Below are positions 63,697 to 64,000 of a stretch of DNA of 64,000 nucleotides, in pieces. The notes under the pieces are model-generated. The model was given only the letters and a program-made list of their open reading frames with translations. It ran no database searches and was not told the DNA's origin. Location of the stretch: the NCBI GenBank assembly GCA_000004985.1, contig GG738857.1. The stretch is one strand, 5' to 3'. This stretch comes from Naegleria gruberi (lineage: Eukaryota). Positions within the stretch are counted from its first letter, which is position 1. Every line of letters begins with the position of its first letter. The position numbers and the translations under genes are program-made.

Positions 63697-64000
63697 TTTT
63701 CAAATATTATACAATTTTTCACGTTAATTTCCTGCTCGTTAGTTGTTGCAGATTGGCGGCAATTGTTTTTTTTGTTTTTTTCATCTCCTTAACAAAATAC
63801 TGCCTTAAATTGCTGCTCAGCAAGTGAAATGAGAACTCAGTAAATATCTCAGCAATGAATTGTTGTTGATGTTACTTGGCGCGCTTAATATTAAATTTGG
63901 TATTTGTTTTACTAAGAACAAAGGAAGTTGGAACTCTGGAGATGTACAGCGTAATACTGTTGTGTTGATATTATTTCGAGGAGAAAATTAAGGATTCAAA

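Noticed and set aside
1-64000. Prokaryote-style features (operons, RBS, CRISPR arrays, rho-independent terminators) and structural RNA genes (tRNA T-loop GGTTCGANTCC, U6 CTTCGGCAGCAC, 5S)
   Set aside because: The sequence has spliceosomal introns, poly-A-rich leaders and eukaryotic domain families throughout. I found no tRNA- or snRNA-like consensus on either strand by eye. Absence is not proven without a covariance-model search (tRNAscan/Infernal).

Overview
This 64 kb window is eukaryotic nuclear DNA, roughly two-thirds A+T by eye (not computed). It is gene-dense, about one gene per 2 kb on both strands. Introns are sparse and short (42-120 nt, GT-AG, mostly GTAAGT donors). Stop codons are strongly biased to TAA. 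Several proteins are Q/N/S-rich. These traits fit an AT-rich protist or early-diverging fungus; I cannot name the species. Three N-runs (33357-33406, 43314-44236, 50829-51993) are assembly gaps that truncate genes. The provided ORF track accepts GTG/TTG starts, so I re-anchored several N-termini to the first in-frame ATG. Recognisable genes: at least seven F-box proteins (two beside LRR-type paralogs), an SNM1/PSO2 DNA-repair nuclease, a divergent actin-related protein, a kynurenine-aminotransferase-type transaminase (two introns), an Mpv17/PMP22 protein (one intron), a PPPDE peptidase plus PUL protein, a receptor-like kinase with Pmp-type beta-helix repeats, PARG, a delta-9 desaturase with a large N-terminal fusion, a barstar-like protein, an OXLD1-like protein, an OSCA/TMEM63-like channel (partial), a CAAX Ras-like GTPase with a long N-terminal extension, an RGS protein (partial), and several secreted or membrane proteins. 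Two unusual items stand out: an intact DIRS/Ngaro-like tyrosine-recombinase retrotransposon with split direct repeats (53217-57877), and a collagen-like gene whose Gly-rich region is a tandem array of 9-18 nt micro-exons split by phase-consistent short introns (59182-62833). Region 20.1-25.2 kb holds multi-exon genes (an AlkB-like 2OG-Fe(II) oxygenase and an NHL-repeat protein) that I could only partly resolve. No rRNA, tRNA, snRNA or CRISPR arrays were recognised.
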